52,749 nucleotides of DNA, from the sequence record SRR31156797_3954; one strand, given 5' to 3'. Shown piece by piece: positions 1 to 9,449 of the stretch. The notes under the pieces were generated by a model. The model was given only the letters and a program-made list of their open reading frames with translations, was not told where the DNA came from and made no database searches. Both the position numbers and the translations under genes were made by a program. The first letter of the stretch is position 1. Every line of letters begins with the position of its first letter.

Positions 1-25
1 CCGATTTCATCGGGATCGCAATGAC
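1..25. repeat. Partial REP-like palindromic element (cut by window start)
   Basis: CCGAT-TTC-ATCGG hairpin followed by ATCGCAATGAC (15-25), which matches ATCGCGATGAC at 10066-10076 in 10/11 nt. Confidence 0.45.
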
Positions 26-86
26 GTCTTTGATTTATTTGTGGTGCATTTTTCTGTTTTTTGTGTAACCTTAAACACCATTAACC

Positions 87-539
87 GTGAAAACATTAGT
101 AAGTTTTTTAACAGCAACAATGTTAATGGTAGGTTGCGAAGCACAAAATAGTACCGAACAACCCACCGTTAATGATGACACAACCCAAATACAGCCTAAA
201 ACAGACATTCGGGTTAACAAGGAGTATGATGATGATGGAAATTTAATTCGGTATGATTCCGTCTATTCTTCGTATTACAGCAACATTGATGGAAATCCAC
301 AGGTGGCAGACAGTATCATAAATGAATTCAGAAAACATTTTAACTCACAATTTCCTATGTCTATGAATCCATTTTTTGATAACATGTTTTTCACTGATTC
401 ATTGATGCAGTATGACTTTTACAAAGATGACTTTTTCCATAACCGATTTAAACATAACTGGCGGCATATGGATGAGTATTTTAAAGAAATGGACTCAATT
501 AAAAACGCGTTTTTTGGAAAGCAATTTCCCAAACAATAG
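87..539 (+). CDS. Hypothetical lipoprotein
   Basis: 150-aa ORF, GTG start, signal peptide with lipobox MVGC, F/D/M-rich C-terminus, followed by a terminator. Confidence 0.75.
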   Translation: MKTLVSFLTATMLMVGCEAQNSTEQPTVNDDTTQIQPKTDIRVNKEYDDDGNLIRYDSVYSSYYSNIDGNPQVADSIINEFRKHFNSQFPMSMNPFFDNMFFTDSLMQYDFYKDDFFHNRFKHNWRHMDEYFKEMDSIKNAFFGKQFPKQ

Positions 540-557
540 TAATTTTTCATAGCGAAG

Positions 558-589
558 AAAAGCATCGATGTAAGTCGGTGCTTTTTTTT
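558..589 (+). terminator. Rho-independent terminator
   Basis: Stem AGCATCGA/TCGGTGCT (one G:U), 6-nt loop, T8 tract. Confidence 0.8.
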
Positions 590-628
590 ATTCACACGCT
601 TAAATAGATATTTTAACCTAATATTGCT

Positions 629-636
629 TAAATTTG
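629..636 (+). promoter_or_regulatory. Bacteroidota sigma-A -7 box
   Basis: TAAATTTG matches TAnnTTTG, ~40 nt upstream of ATG 679. Confidence 0.55.
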
Positions 637-678
637 ATTAAGAAAATGACTCGTCAACTAATCACCTAATTAAGCTTT

Positions 679-1095
679 ATGGAACAAAAAGATTATATAC
701 TTCGTGAAATAGAGAAAATAGGTGCGATAATAAGTGCTATTCGACAAAAGCTCTTTGGCGGAAAAGAGAAATTAGCAATAAATACAGAAAATGAAGTAAA
801 AGAAGCCGCTGGAATGCTAATGGACAGTTTGAATTTTGATTTGCATAAGTTCCTGGAGTTTGATAATGAAAAGTCAATTCAATATTTAAATGGGTTTAAA
901 GGTTTTAATGAGGATAATTTAGAGGAATTTTCAGCCGTAATGGCTCAAATAGGATTTAGTTGCGAAACCAATAAAGCAAAAAATTACCTGCAAAAAGCAC
1001 TTCTATTGTACAATCACATTAATTCAAAAACAAAAACATTCTCTTTTGAAAGAGAGAATAACATTAAAAGAATTGAAGATATGCTTCATGAATAA
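679..1095 (+). CDS. Hypothetical helical protein (DUF6483-like N-terminus)
   Basis: 138-aa ORF beginning MEQKDYILREIEKIG; TPR-like helical C-terminus. Confidence 0.6.
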   Translation: MEQKDYILREIEKIGAIISAIRQKLFGGKEKLAINTENEVKEAAGMLMDSLNFDLHKFLEFDNEKSIQYLNGFKGFNEDNLEEFSAVMAQIGFSCETNKAKNYLQKALLLYNHINSKTKTFSFERENNIKRIEDMLHE

Positions 1096-1110
1096 GACAT
1101 TTGAATACCC

Positions 1111-2025
1111 ATGTTGAGTTTTAAAAAAATCATATCACTTACCAGTTTATTACTAGCAATATCATTTTTGTTTCTAATTTCGTGCGGACAAGATAAAATT
1201 TCTGATGAACAAAGAATTGGACAGCTAACAGATTCCCTAATCCAGGTTCAAAAAATTAATGATGTTACAATTTTGGTTTCATTCGGTGCTGATGCAGTTA
1301 GTGCTATAAATACCAGAAATGGCATTGTTGTTATTGATGCCGGTATTTCTACATATCTTACAAAAAAGTATAAAAAAATTATTGCTCAGAAATTCCATAA
1401 TCAGAAATTTGTTTATTTAATAAATACCCATTCACATCATGATCATAATAGAGGGAATAGTGTTTTTGATGAAGCCAAAATTATTGGACATATCAGCGGA
1501 TTAAATGAAATTGACAAGCAATGGAATAATCCGAAAGAATTTATTGATCGGACTAATCAAACTGTAAAAGAGTATAACAGCATTCTGCAAAATCAATTAA
1601 AGTATTCTAAAGATTGGATTGAAAGTTTCACACAAAAAATACGATATCAAAGTGCATTAAGTGATGCTGAAAATTTAATTCCCATAAGAAAACCTGATGT
1701 AACCTTTCAAGATAGTTTAACTATAACTGTGGGCGATATTCGATTTGAAATGAAATATTTCGGAGGCTGCCATTCAAATAGCGACATATTGATTTTTGTT
1801 CCGAAATTGAATTTATTGTTTACCGGAGACTTAATGTTTCAATATGGGAAGCCAAGCATAGCCAGCAACACCGTAAAAAACAAAGAAATATGGAAAAATG
1901 CTGTGCATTGGATTCAAAAAAGAATGAATCAAAAAACCATAATTATTGGAGGGCATGGTCAACTCTTTTCCATTGAAGATTTAACTTCATTTAATAAGCA
2001 AATTTTACAAAAAACCCAATTATAA
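1111..2025 (+). CDS. MBL-fold metallo-hydrolase, probable lipoprotein
   Basis: THSHHDH (HxHxDH), CHSNSD, TGDL and GHG motifs; lipobox LISC. Confidence 0.85.
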   Translation: MLSFKKIISLTSLLLAISFLFLISCGQDKISDEQRIGQLTDSLIQVQKINDVTILVSFGADAVSAINTRNGIVVIDAGISTYLTKKYKKIIAQKFHNQKFVYLINTHSHHDHNRGNSVFDEAKIIGHISGLNEIDKQWNNPKEFIDRTNQTVKEYNSILQNQLKYSKDWIESFTQKIRYQSALSDAENLIPIRKPDVTFQDSLTITVGDIRFEMKYFGGCHSNSDILIFVPKLNLLFTGDLMFQYGKPSIASNTVKNKEIWKNAVHWIQKRMNQKTIIIGGHGQLFSIEDLTSFNKQILQKTQL

Positions 2026-2041
2026 CACAAACAAGAAAACC

Positions 2042-2614
2042 ATGAAATACAAAGTGTTAGCAATATTATTTATTAGCTTTTTAGCCTGCAAACCGGGACT
2101 TGCCCAAAATGATTATTTAATGGTTGTAGATGTGCAGAAACAGTTCTATGAAAACACCAAAATGGAGCAAAAAGCCAATGAAATGGTTGAAAATATCAAT
2201 AAAATCATAGAAACCTTCGAAGCTCAAAATGTGATTTACATTAAAACAACCGGTAAAATGCTCACTATTTCATTTAAAGGAATAAAAACAGAGCCAATGA
2301 TACCCAATCCGACATTGGACAACAACTTGAAAATAGTAAGTGAAAATGTCTTTACAAAAAATGTTGGAAATGCTTTTAACCATATTGGCTTAGCTGATTT
2401 TCTTCAAAAAAACAGGATTGAAAATATCACAATTGTTGGTTTACTGGCAGAACAGTGCATTACTAAAACTGCTTTAGGAGGCATTGAAAAAGGATACCAA
2501 ATAACTGTGGTTCCTGAAGCTATTTTGGGCAAGACCTCATCCAAAAAAGAAAAAGCGGTTAGAAAATTAGCAAAAAAAGGAGTTCAGATAAAGAGCCTAA
2601 ATGAGTTTTTATAA
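2042..2614 (+). CDS. Isochorismatase/cysteine hydrolase family protein with signal peptide
   Basis: VVDVQ, FTK and GLLAEQCI give the Asp-Lys-Cys triad; hydrophobic N-terminus. Confidence 0.85.
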   Translation: MKYKVLAILFISFLACKPGLAQNDYLMVVDVQKQFYENTKMEQKANEMVENINKIIETFEAQNVIYIKTTGKMLTISFKGIKTEPMIPNPTLDNNLKIVSENVFTKNVGNAFNHIGLADFLQKNRIENITIVGLLAEQCITKTALGGIEKGYQITVVPEAILGKTSSKKEKAVRKLAKKGVQIKSLNEFL

Positions 2615-2676
2615 ATTAAAAACCCAAATCTCAACAACATCAAATCTTCGAAAGCACATTTTTTAACAACTTTTAT

Positions 2677-2684
2677 TAGATTTG
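2677..2684 (+). promoter_or_regulatory. Bacteroidota -7 box
   Basis: TAGATTTG upstream of ATG 2723. Confidence 0.5.
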
Positions 2685-2722
2685 TAGGCAAATGAAACTA
2701 ATTGACAGCTAACAAATCCTAT

Positions 2723-3388
2723 ATGAAAACAATAACTTTTACAGCAGCATTCCTATTAATATCCCTTTTTACCATTGGGCAAACTATTAATATTCAAGGT
2801 GGTACATCTGTGTCAAAAATGGATTGGAAAGACAAGCTCAACAATACAACATACAAGTGGTATGATGAAGAAATAACAGGATATTCATTTTTAATTGGAG
2901 TAAATTACCTGGAAAAAAAGTTCTTTAATCTTTCTTCAAATATTGGCATTATAAAAAAAGGAGGAAAAGAAAACTTTGAAGCACTCACATTCGACCAGCC
3001 AGGCGACCCTCTTCAAGACATAACCATAAGTACATATCTTGAATATCTTACCATAAACACAACTATTGATTTAAAGTATGATATCAAAAATTATGGATCA
3101 CCATTTATTAGCGTGGGTCCACGGTTCGATTATTTAATAAAATATTCTGAGGAATTTGACGATATTAAGGAAAATAAACATCTCAATAATTACAATATTG
3201 GATTATTGTTAGGTGCAGGTTATCGGTACACTTTATTCAATTTCCAATTTGGTGTCCGCGCAGATTACTATTTAAATTTCATGAGCATTGCAGATTGGTC
3301 GTGGTCAAATGAAGGCATCAATTTCAGTGCAGATATTAACGACCAAACTTATACACTAAACTTAATACTTGGTTATAAATTCAATTAA
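2723..3388 (+). CDS. Outer-membrane beta-barrel (porin/PorT-like family) protein
   Basis: Start moved to ATG 2723 (MKTITF...); signal peptide, amphipathic strands, GPRFDYL, C-terminal LGYKF beta-signal. Confidence 0.8.
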   Translation: MKTITFTAAFLLISLFTIGQTINIQGGTSVSKMDWKDKLNNTTYKWYDEEITGYSFLIGVNYLEKKFFNLSSNIGIIKKGGKENFEALTFDQPGDPLQDITISTYLEYLTINTTIDLKYDIKNYGSPFISVGPRFDYLIKYSEEFDDIKENKHLNNYNIGLLLGAGYRYTLFNFQFGVRADYYLNFMSIADWSWSNEGINFSADINDQTYTLNLILGYKFN

Positions 3389-3401
3389 TAAACATTGCAT
3401 T

Positions 3402-4058
3402 ATGAAAACAACTGCATTAACTATTATCTTAACAGTCATCTGTCTTCTATCAATTGGCCAAACCCTAAAAGTGCAAGGAGGACTATCCTACTCAAATCTT
3501 AGCCGAGAACTAGATGGCCGAAAGGTTGAACTCTTTGATGAACAAATAACAGGCTATGCTTTTCTCCTAGGAATAGATTACGCAGAAAATAAGTTCTTCA
3601 ATTTATCCAGTAACATTGGAATGCTACGTAAAGGTGGAACTAATGAAGTTGAAAAAACAACTGTAGATATGCCTGATGGCACTGGAGAAACCTACGACTT
3701 AACTGCTACTCTAGACTATCTAACTTTCAACACTACTTTTGATATAAAATATGGATTAAAACAATATGGAAGTCCCTATTTAAGCATAGGCCCAAGATTC
3801 GATTATCTTGTTAATTTTTCTAAAGAATTTGATCAATTTGATGAAGAAGATGAACTTAATAAATACAATTTTGGATTAATAGTAGGTTTGGGTTATAAAT
3901 ACGAAATTTTCGATGTTGTATTTGGCTTAAGAGCAGACTATTATGCCAATTTCATGAAAATTGCTGAATGGGATGATGAAGGTGGCAAAATTCCCGGTTC
4001 TATAAACGACCAAACCTATACGATTACTGCTACAATTGGCTATAAATTAAGCAAATAA
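3402..4058 (+). CDS. Outer-membrane beta-barrel protein, paralog of 2723..3388
   Basis: Start ATG 3402 (MKTTAL...); shares KFFNLSSNIG, GPRFDYL, RADYY and INDQTYT with the preceding gene; C-terminal IGYKL. Confidence 0.8.
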   Translation: MKTTALTIILTVICLLSIGQTLKVQGGLSYSNLSRELDGRKVELFDEQITGYAFLLGIDYAENKFFNLSSNIGMLRKGGTNEVEKTTVDMPDGTGETYDLTATLDYLTFNTTFDIKYGLKQYGSPYLSIGPRFDYLVNFSKEFDQFDEEDELNKYNFGLIVGLGYKYEIFDVVFGLRADYYANFMKIAEWDDEGGKIPGSINDQTYTITATIGYKLSK

Positions 4059-4067
4059 ACACTTCGA

Positions 4068-4792
4068 ATGAAAAGAAAGATAGTTTTTGTAACTTTTCTG
4101 GGAATGATTTTAACTCATTTCAGCCTGGCACAAGATCTTAAAAAACTTAGTTTTCAGTTTGACGCGGGATCTACTGTATCTATTCCCAACTATAATAAAT
4201 CAGAGTATTTGACTAATATAACAGACCATCCGGAAACTACCTATCTCCCATGTTCAGGTTTCTTTGGCGAAATTATCGGCACGTATCAGCTCAGCAAAAA
4301 AACAAGCTTACAAAGCGGAATAAACTATAGTTTTTTCCGTCAACGCATAGTAGATGAGATAGGCAATGAGGAAAGAAAAGGCAGAATCAAAAGATCATAT
4401 CTCCAATTACCTGTTGTATTCAGATATAAACTTTCAAATAACCATCCATTAAATATTGCTATTGGCACTTACTTGGGTTATTTAACGCTGCCAAAAGAAA
4501 AGGTGGGCTGGTAGTTGAGCAAATTGCAACAGTATTGAATGAGTGGTATGCCATACCAACTGAAGCTGATGAGATGGATTTAAAATCCGGTTACTATGAT
4601 TATGATTTTGGCCTTACTTTGCAAGGAGATTATGCAATTGCATTAAAAAACCAGCATGCGTTATTATTCCTTTTAAGATTTAATTACGGACTAATGGATA
4701 TTACCTCTGACAAATCTAATCCTGAAATAGGTTACGAAGCAAGATACACAAGAAACATCAATCTTCTATTTGGCATTGGATATAGGATTTAA
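4068..4792 (+). pseudogene. Outer-membrane beta-barrel gene split by a single-base frameshift near 4498-4501
   Basis: ORF 4068..4514 has signal peptide and YLQLPV...GTYLGYL; the frame of ORF 4535..4792 (DFG...RFNYGL...GIGYRI) is open back through 4490; adding one A gives a continuous ~241-aa protein (...PKEKGGLVVEQIATVLNEWY...). Confidence 0.7.
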
Positions 4793-4802
4793 ACTCTAAT
4801 AC

Positions 4803-5216
4803 ATGAAATTCATTACAATTAAAGAATCCCACTACGCCTCTGATTTATACATATTAAAAAGTAAACTGGAATCAGAAGGTATCGCCTGCCAAATAAAAGA
4901 TGAATTGTCTACTCAGGTGATGAATCATATCCCTACTATTGCTGCACAACTGCAAGTTGCAGAAAAGGATTTAGAAAAAACTATCGAGATTCTAAATGAA
5001 ACAGGACAAAGTGAATCTGAAAAATCTAAACTGGTTTGTCCAAAATGTGGTTCAAATGATTTGAAAGTTAAAACTAGTATAAAAACTGTATTCAAAAGCT
5101 TGGGGTTACTTATATCAGCTGCTTTTCTTTTAAAGCCGGTTGGCAATATCTTCAAAGACGCACAATATATCTGTAACACTTGTCAACAAAGGTTTAAAAT
5201 ATCCGATTCAAATTAA
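4803..5216 (+). CDS. DUF2007-type (putative signal-transducing) protein with Zn ribbon
   Basis: LKSKLESEGIAC...LQVAEKD pattern; CPKC...CNTC flanking a hydrophobic segment. Confidence 0.7.
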   Translation: MKFITIKESHYASDLYILKSKLESEGIACQIKDELSTQVMNHIPTIAAQLQVAEKDLEKTIEILNETGQSESEKSKLVCPKCGSNDLKVKTSIKTVFKSLGLLISAAFLLKPVGNIFKDAQYICNTCQQRFKISDSN

Positions 5217-5278
5217 AAGGTTATTAATTATATTGTAGTATATTTAAGTAGCTCGGAATCAACGCTAATTATTATACT

Positions 5279-8200
5279 ATGAAGCCTTCATCTATCTTTA
5301 TTCGCTCTTTGCTCGTATTTCTTTTAGCCTGCACATTAAACACCCAGGCTCAAAATTCAAAACTACCAAAAGCCCCATCCAAGGCAGCAAAAATACTGGA
5401 CACTGATGGTGATGGACTTTCAAACCTTGATGAATATACAATTTACTTTACTAATCCTTTTAATAATGATACTGACGGCGACGGTATTACAGACGGAAAC
5501 GAAGTAAATATTTTCATGACAAATCCTCTACTACGGGACACCGATCATGATATGATTCAAGATGGAACAGAAGTAGGACTAACAGCCCCACAGGGAGATA
5601 ACTTTTGGGGACATTTTATTGCGGATAGTGATGGTGGAATTACTACTACGTCTCCTATCGATAACGATTCCGATAATGATGGCATTATTGATGGTTTTGA
5701 GGATTATAATCGAAATGGTACTGTAGATGCAGATGAAACTGATCCAAATTCAGAAACACTTAATACAACGCTAATTGACAGTGACTTAGACAGCCTTCCA
5801 AATGTAGTTGAACTATACTGGGGTACTGACACATTAAATGATGATACAGATAATGATGGAATTATTGATGGAATCGAAATACTAGTATATGGTACAAATC
5901 CATCCGACTGGGACACAGATGGCGACGAACTGCCTGACGGACTGGAGGTTGGGCTATACAAACCACAAGGAATAAATACAGATCTATTTGAATATAAAGC
6001 AGATGCCGATTCAGGTCAAACCACAACCAGTCCATTATACTATGACACAGATTTTGGAGGTGCCGGCGATCAACTGGAAGACCTTAATTATAATGGACGT
6101 TTTGATGCAACCGAATTTGATCCGAACAACAGATTTGACGAACCAGATGATAATGATATGGACGGTGTAAGAGATCAAATAGAAGATACTGTTGGGACAA
6201 GCTTCTCTAATTTTCAGGATGATTATGATTCTGATGGAGATGGGCTTTCAGATTTTCATGAAATATTAGGTCCGGATGGTTACATTCTATCAGGGGATGA
6301 GCCAGGCACAGATCCAGCCAATGGCGATTCAGATTCAGACCAGCTCACTGATGGTGATGAGTTATTGCGTTATCATACAAATCCATTGAGTGGCGATTCA
6401 GATAATGATGGTTTGACCGATGAAAATGAAATCAACGTTTATTTCACCAACCCGCTTGATGCGGATACTGATAATGATGGACTAACAGACTTCAATGAAG
6501 TTGTAACATATAACACCAACCCAATTATGGCTGATTCGGATCTGGATTTAATTCAGGATGGTACCGAGTTAGGAATGCATGAAGCAGAAACTGAAGATAC
6601 TGATCTTTCAGTTTTTGTGCCGGACAGTGACACACTTACAACCACTGATCCGAATGTTGCTGATACTGATATTGGAGGCACTATAGATGGATTTGAAGAC
6701 TTCAACCTCAATGGGAAAGTGGATATTGATGAGCAAGACCCTAATAATATTGCTGATGATGTTACTCCTCTTGATACGGATAACGACTCTCTTCCCGATG
6801 CGTTAGAAGTTCATTTGGGTTCAAACCCAAACAATATAGATTCTGATAGTGATGGGCTAACTGATAAAGAAGAAGTTTTCACACATAAGACAAATCTGAT
6901 TTCTCCAGATTCTGATGGCGATGGTCTTTCAGATGGAAATGAAGTGCTTGTTCACTTAACAAATCCTACCAGGGCAGACACAGATAAAGACGGACTATCA
7001 GATTATTACGAACTTAATTTTTCAAACTCTGACCCACTTGACGAAGACACAGATGATGATACGCTTGAAGACGGAATGGAAGTCAATATTTATAATTCAG
7101 ATCCGCTTTCAGCAAACCCTGACAATGATAACGCAACTGACGATTATGAAGTAAACGTGATTTATACAGACCCCATGAATCCTGACACAGATGGAGATGA
7201 AATACTAGATGGGCAAGAATCTTGGCACAGCACTAATCCTAGAATTGCAGATACAGACAACGACTGGATGGTTGATGGTGATGAAGTAAACATTTATGGT
7301 TGTGATCCGCTTGATACTGATACAGATGATGATTTATTACCAGATGGAGCTGAACCCTTGTATAATTGCGATCCACTTATTCAAAACATGGACGATGATA
7401 TGCTTACCGATGGATTTGAAGTTTACACAACATTCACAAACCCCACAGACCCTGATACAGATAACGACTCGCTATTAGACGGAGAAGAGTGGCAATATAC
7501 TGATCCAAACGATCCGGATACAGATGATGATTTTCTGAATGATGGAGAAGAAGTGCTTATAGCATTTACTGATCCATTAGACAGCGATACAGATGATGAC
7601 ACTTTTTTAGATGGACTGGATTGCAATCCACTAGATTCAACTATAAACCCGGACGCCATTGAAATAGAATGTGATGGCATAGATCAAAATTGCAACCCCG
7701 ATGACGAGGACATGACTCCTCCTGAAGTTAATTATCCTTCAGAAATTTTATTGTATGTAAATGAAAACTGTTTGGCAGAAGTCCCAGACATGTCAAACCT
7801 AATTTCGGCAGTAGATTCTTGCTCAGACACCTTGCTATTTAATCAATCAATTGAAATTGGTGAATTTTTAGCTCAAAACACTAGCATTTCGGTAGAAATT
7901 AGTGACACGTCAGAAAACAGTACAATGGCAAGCATTCAATTAACCATTATAGATACCATTCCGCCTGAAATTATTTGTCCGGACGATACGGAAAGTACAG
8001 TGCCACAAATAGAATATGATCAACCACAAGTTTTTGACAATTGTAATGGTGTAATCATGGAATTAACAGCAGGACTGGAGTCAGGCTCAACTTTCCCTCA
8101 AGGTTTCACAATAATTGAATATATAGCAACAGACACTACAGGTAATAAAGATAGTTGTGAATTTACTATACTTTACGAACCACTTGGAGTTGAATATTTA

Positions 8201-8434
8201 ACAGAGCAAAAACAATTAACCATATACCCTAATCCTGCCAGCAATTTCATATATATTCAGAAATATACTGATTTTGAAAACATTCCATTAAAAATATTAG
8301 ATGCAATAGGTAATTTGATGCCAATAAAATATGCCACTTCACAGAATTTGATTGAAATCAATATAGTAGATTTTAAACCTGGATTATATTTTATTATCAT
8401 CGGAAATAAAAAAGAAAAATTTATAAAAAATTAA
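5279..8434 (+). CDS. T9SS-secreted Asp-rich repeat protein (thrombospondin type 3-like repeats, MopE-like motif, HYR-like domain, CTD)
   Basis: Signal peptide; many DxDxDG[LI]xDxxE...T[ND]P repeats; DCNPLDSTINPDAIEIECDGIDQNC; DTIPPEIICP...FPQG; IYPNPA...GLYFI...KFIKN type A CTD. Confidence 0.85.
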   Translation: MKPSSIFIRSLLVFLLACTLNTQAQNSKLPKAPSKAAKILDTDGDGLSNLDEYTIYFTNPFNNDTDGDGITDGNEVNIFMTNPLLRDTDHDMIQDGTEVGLTAPQGDNFWGHFIADSDGGITTTSPIDNDSDNDGIIDGFEDYNRNGTVDADETDPNSETLNTTLIDSDLDSLPNVVELYWGTDTLNDDTDNDGIIDGIEILVYGTNPSDWDTDGDELPDGLEVGLYKPQGINTDLFEYKADADSGQTTTSPLYYDTDFGGAGDQLEDLNYNGRFDATEFDPNNRFDEPDDNDMDGVRDQIEDTVGTSFSNFQDDYDSDGDGLSDFHEILGPDGYILSGDEPGTDPANGDSDSDQLTDGDELLRYHTNPLSGDSDNDGLTDENEINVYFTNPLDADTDNDGLTDFNEVVTYNTNPIMADSDLDLIQDGTELGMHEAETEDTDLSVFVPDSDTLTTTDPNVADTDIGGTIDGFEDFNLNGKVDIDEQDPNNIADDVTPLDTDNDSLPDALEVHLGSNPNNIDSDSDGLTDKEEVFTHKTNLISPDSDGDGLSDGNEVLVHLTNPTRADTDKDGLSDYYELNFSNSDPLDEDTDDDTLEDGMEVNIYNSDPLSANPDNDNATDDYEVNVIYTDPMNPDTDGDEILDGQESWHSTNPRIADTDNDWMVDGDEVNIYGCDPLDTDTDDDLLPDGAEPLYNCDPLIQNMDDDMLTDGFEVYTTFTNPTDPDTDNDSLLDGEEWQYTDPNDPDTDDDFLNDGEEVLIAFTDPLDSDTDDDTFLDGLDCNPLDSTINPDAIEIECDGIDQNCNPDDEDMTPPEVNYPSEILLYVNENCLAEVPDMSNLISAVDSCSDTLLFNQSIEIGEFLAQNTSISVEISDTSENSTMASIQLTIIDTIPPEIICPDDTESTVPQIEYDQPQVFDNCNGVIMELTAGLESGSTFPQGFTIIEYIATDTTGNKDSCEFTILYEPLGVEYLTEQKQLTIYPNPASNFIYIQKYTDFENIPLKILDAIGNLMPIKYATSQNLIEINIVDFKPGLYFIIIGNKKEKFIKN

Positions 8435-8468
8435 TCTAATATAATATCCCCTTTCACAATGAAAAACA

Positions 8469-8476
8469 TAGATTTG
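8469..8476 (+). promoter_or_regulatory. Bacteroidota -7 box
   Basis: TAGATTTG ~35 nt upstream of ATG 8511. Confidence 0.5.
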
Positions 8477-8510
8477 CATAGCGAAAAATTTACTTTAAAA
8501 ATTTAGAATA

Positions 8511-8984
8511 ATGGCACAATTAAAAGAGATCAAAGCAGGCATCGGATTAGACAGCATCAAATTCGGAATGTTCAGAGATGATATTAAAAACCTATTGGGC
8601 GATCCTGATGAAATCGACACGCATACTGACAACGAAGATGAAGGTCAAACTGAATCATGGCATTACGATGAACTTGAGCTATCAATCAGTTTTGAAGAAA
8701 TTGATGATATGCGCTTATTCTCAATTGCTGTATCAGGCGAAAACTATGAGTTTAAAGGCAAAAAGCTAATTGGGCTTAAGAAACCTCAGTTACTAAAAGA
8801 GCTAGCTGCTTTAAACATTGACGATTTAAAAGAAGAAGCCTGGGATACTGATGATTTCACAAAGCAAGAATTAATTTTTTCAGAAAACAATAGTCTTAAC
8901 TTCTGGATGGAAGATGACGAACTATCTGAGATTCAATTCGGACCTTTATTTGAAGACGAAGAGACCATTAAATGGCCGGAGTAG
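8511..8984 (+). CDS. Hypothetical acidic cytoplasmic protein
   Basis: 157-aa ORF, GIGLDSIKFGM...LLGDPDE motif, no signal peptide. Confidence 0.7.
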   Translation: MAQLKEIKAGIGLDSIKFGMFRDDIKNLLGDPDEIDTHTDNEDEGQTESWHYDELELSISFEEIDDMRLFSIAVSGENYEFKGKKLIGLKKPQLLKELAALNIDDLKEEAWDTDDFTKQELIFSENNSLNFWMEDDELSEIQFGPLFEDEETIKWPE

Positions 8985-9025
8985 CAAAAAACTTAAACAC
9001 CAAATTCCAATATCCAAATTCCACC

Positions 9026-9041
9026 CTTCGACTTCGCTCAG
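9026..9041 (+). repeat. REP-like element CTTCGACTTCGCTCAG
   Basis: 15/16 identical to the reverse complement of 10177-10192. Confidence 0.55.
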
Positions 9042-9103
9042 GGAACTTATAAATGAAATATCATTAAAACTGGTTTTTCGAAGGGATAAAAATTATAAGT
9101 AAG

Positions 9104-9445
9104 ATGTCTGATGAAATGAAACCTTGTCCGTTGTGCAAATCACCTTATGGGTATGCGTTAAGTGAAGAACTATATGCTTGTCCGGAATGTAACCATCAGT
9201 GGAACCCAAATGAAGTAATTGAAGAAGATGCCTTTATCGTAAAAGATTCCAATGGTAATATTTTACAAGATGGTGATTCGGTTATTGTAATTAAAGATCT
9301 TAAAGTAAAAGGGGCATCAAACCCCGTAAAAGCAGGAACTAAAGTAAAAAACATACGTCTTGTAGAAGGTGATCACAACATTGATTGCCGCATAGATGGA
9401 TTTGGTGCCATGGGATTAAAATCTGAATTTGTCAGAAAAGCTTAA
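9104..9445 (+). CDS. yjdM: Zinc-ribbon protein YjdM/PhnA family
   Basis: CPLC...CPEC Zn ribbon; [27 protein letters not shown]...GTKVKNIRL...LKSEFVRKA. Confidence 0.9.
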   Translation: MSDEMKPCPLCKSPYGYALSEELYACPECNHQWNPNEVIEEDAFIVKDSNGNILQDGDSVIVIKDLKVKGASNPVKAGTKVKNIRLVEGDHNIDCRIDGFGAMGLKSEFVRKA

Positions 9446-9449
9446 ACTT

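Noticed and set aside
5400-7620. Repetitive DNA resembling a CRISPR array or DGR template/variable repeat
   Set aside because: Repeats are degenerate protein-level units in one ORF; no identical repeats with spacers, and no cas or reverse transcriptase gene in the window.
8914-9102. 62-aa ORF across the 8984-9104 spacer
   Set aside because: Overlaps the upstream gene and translates a REP-like element (PSTSLRE); likely spurious.
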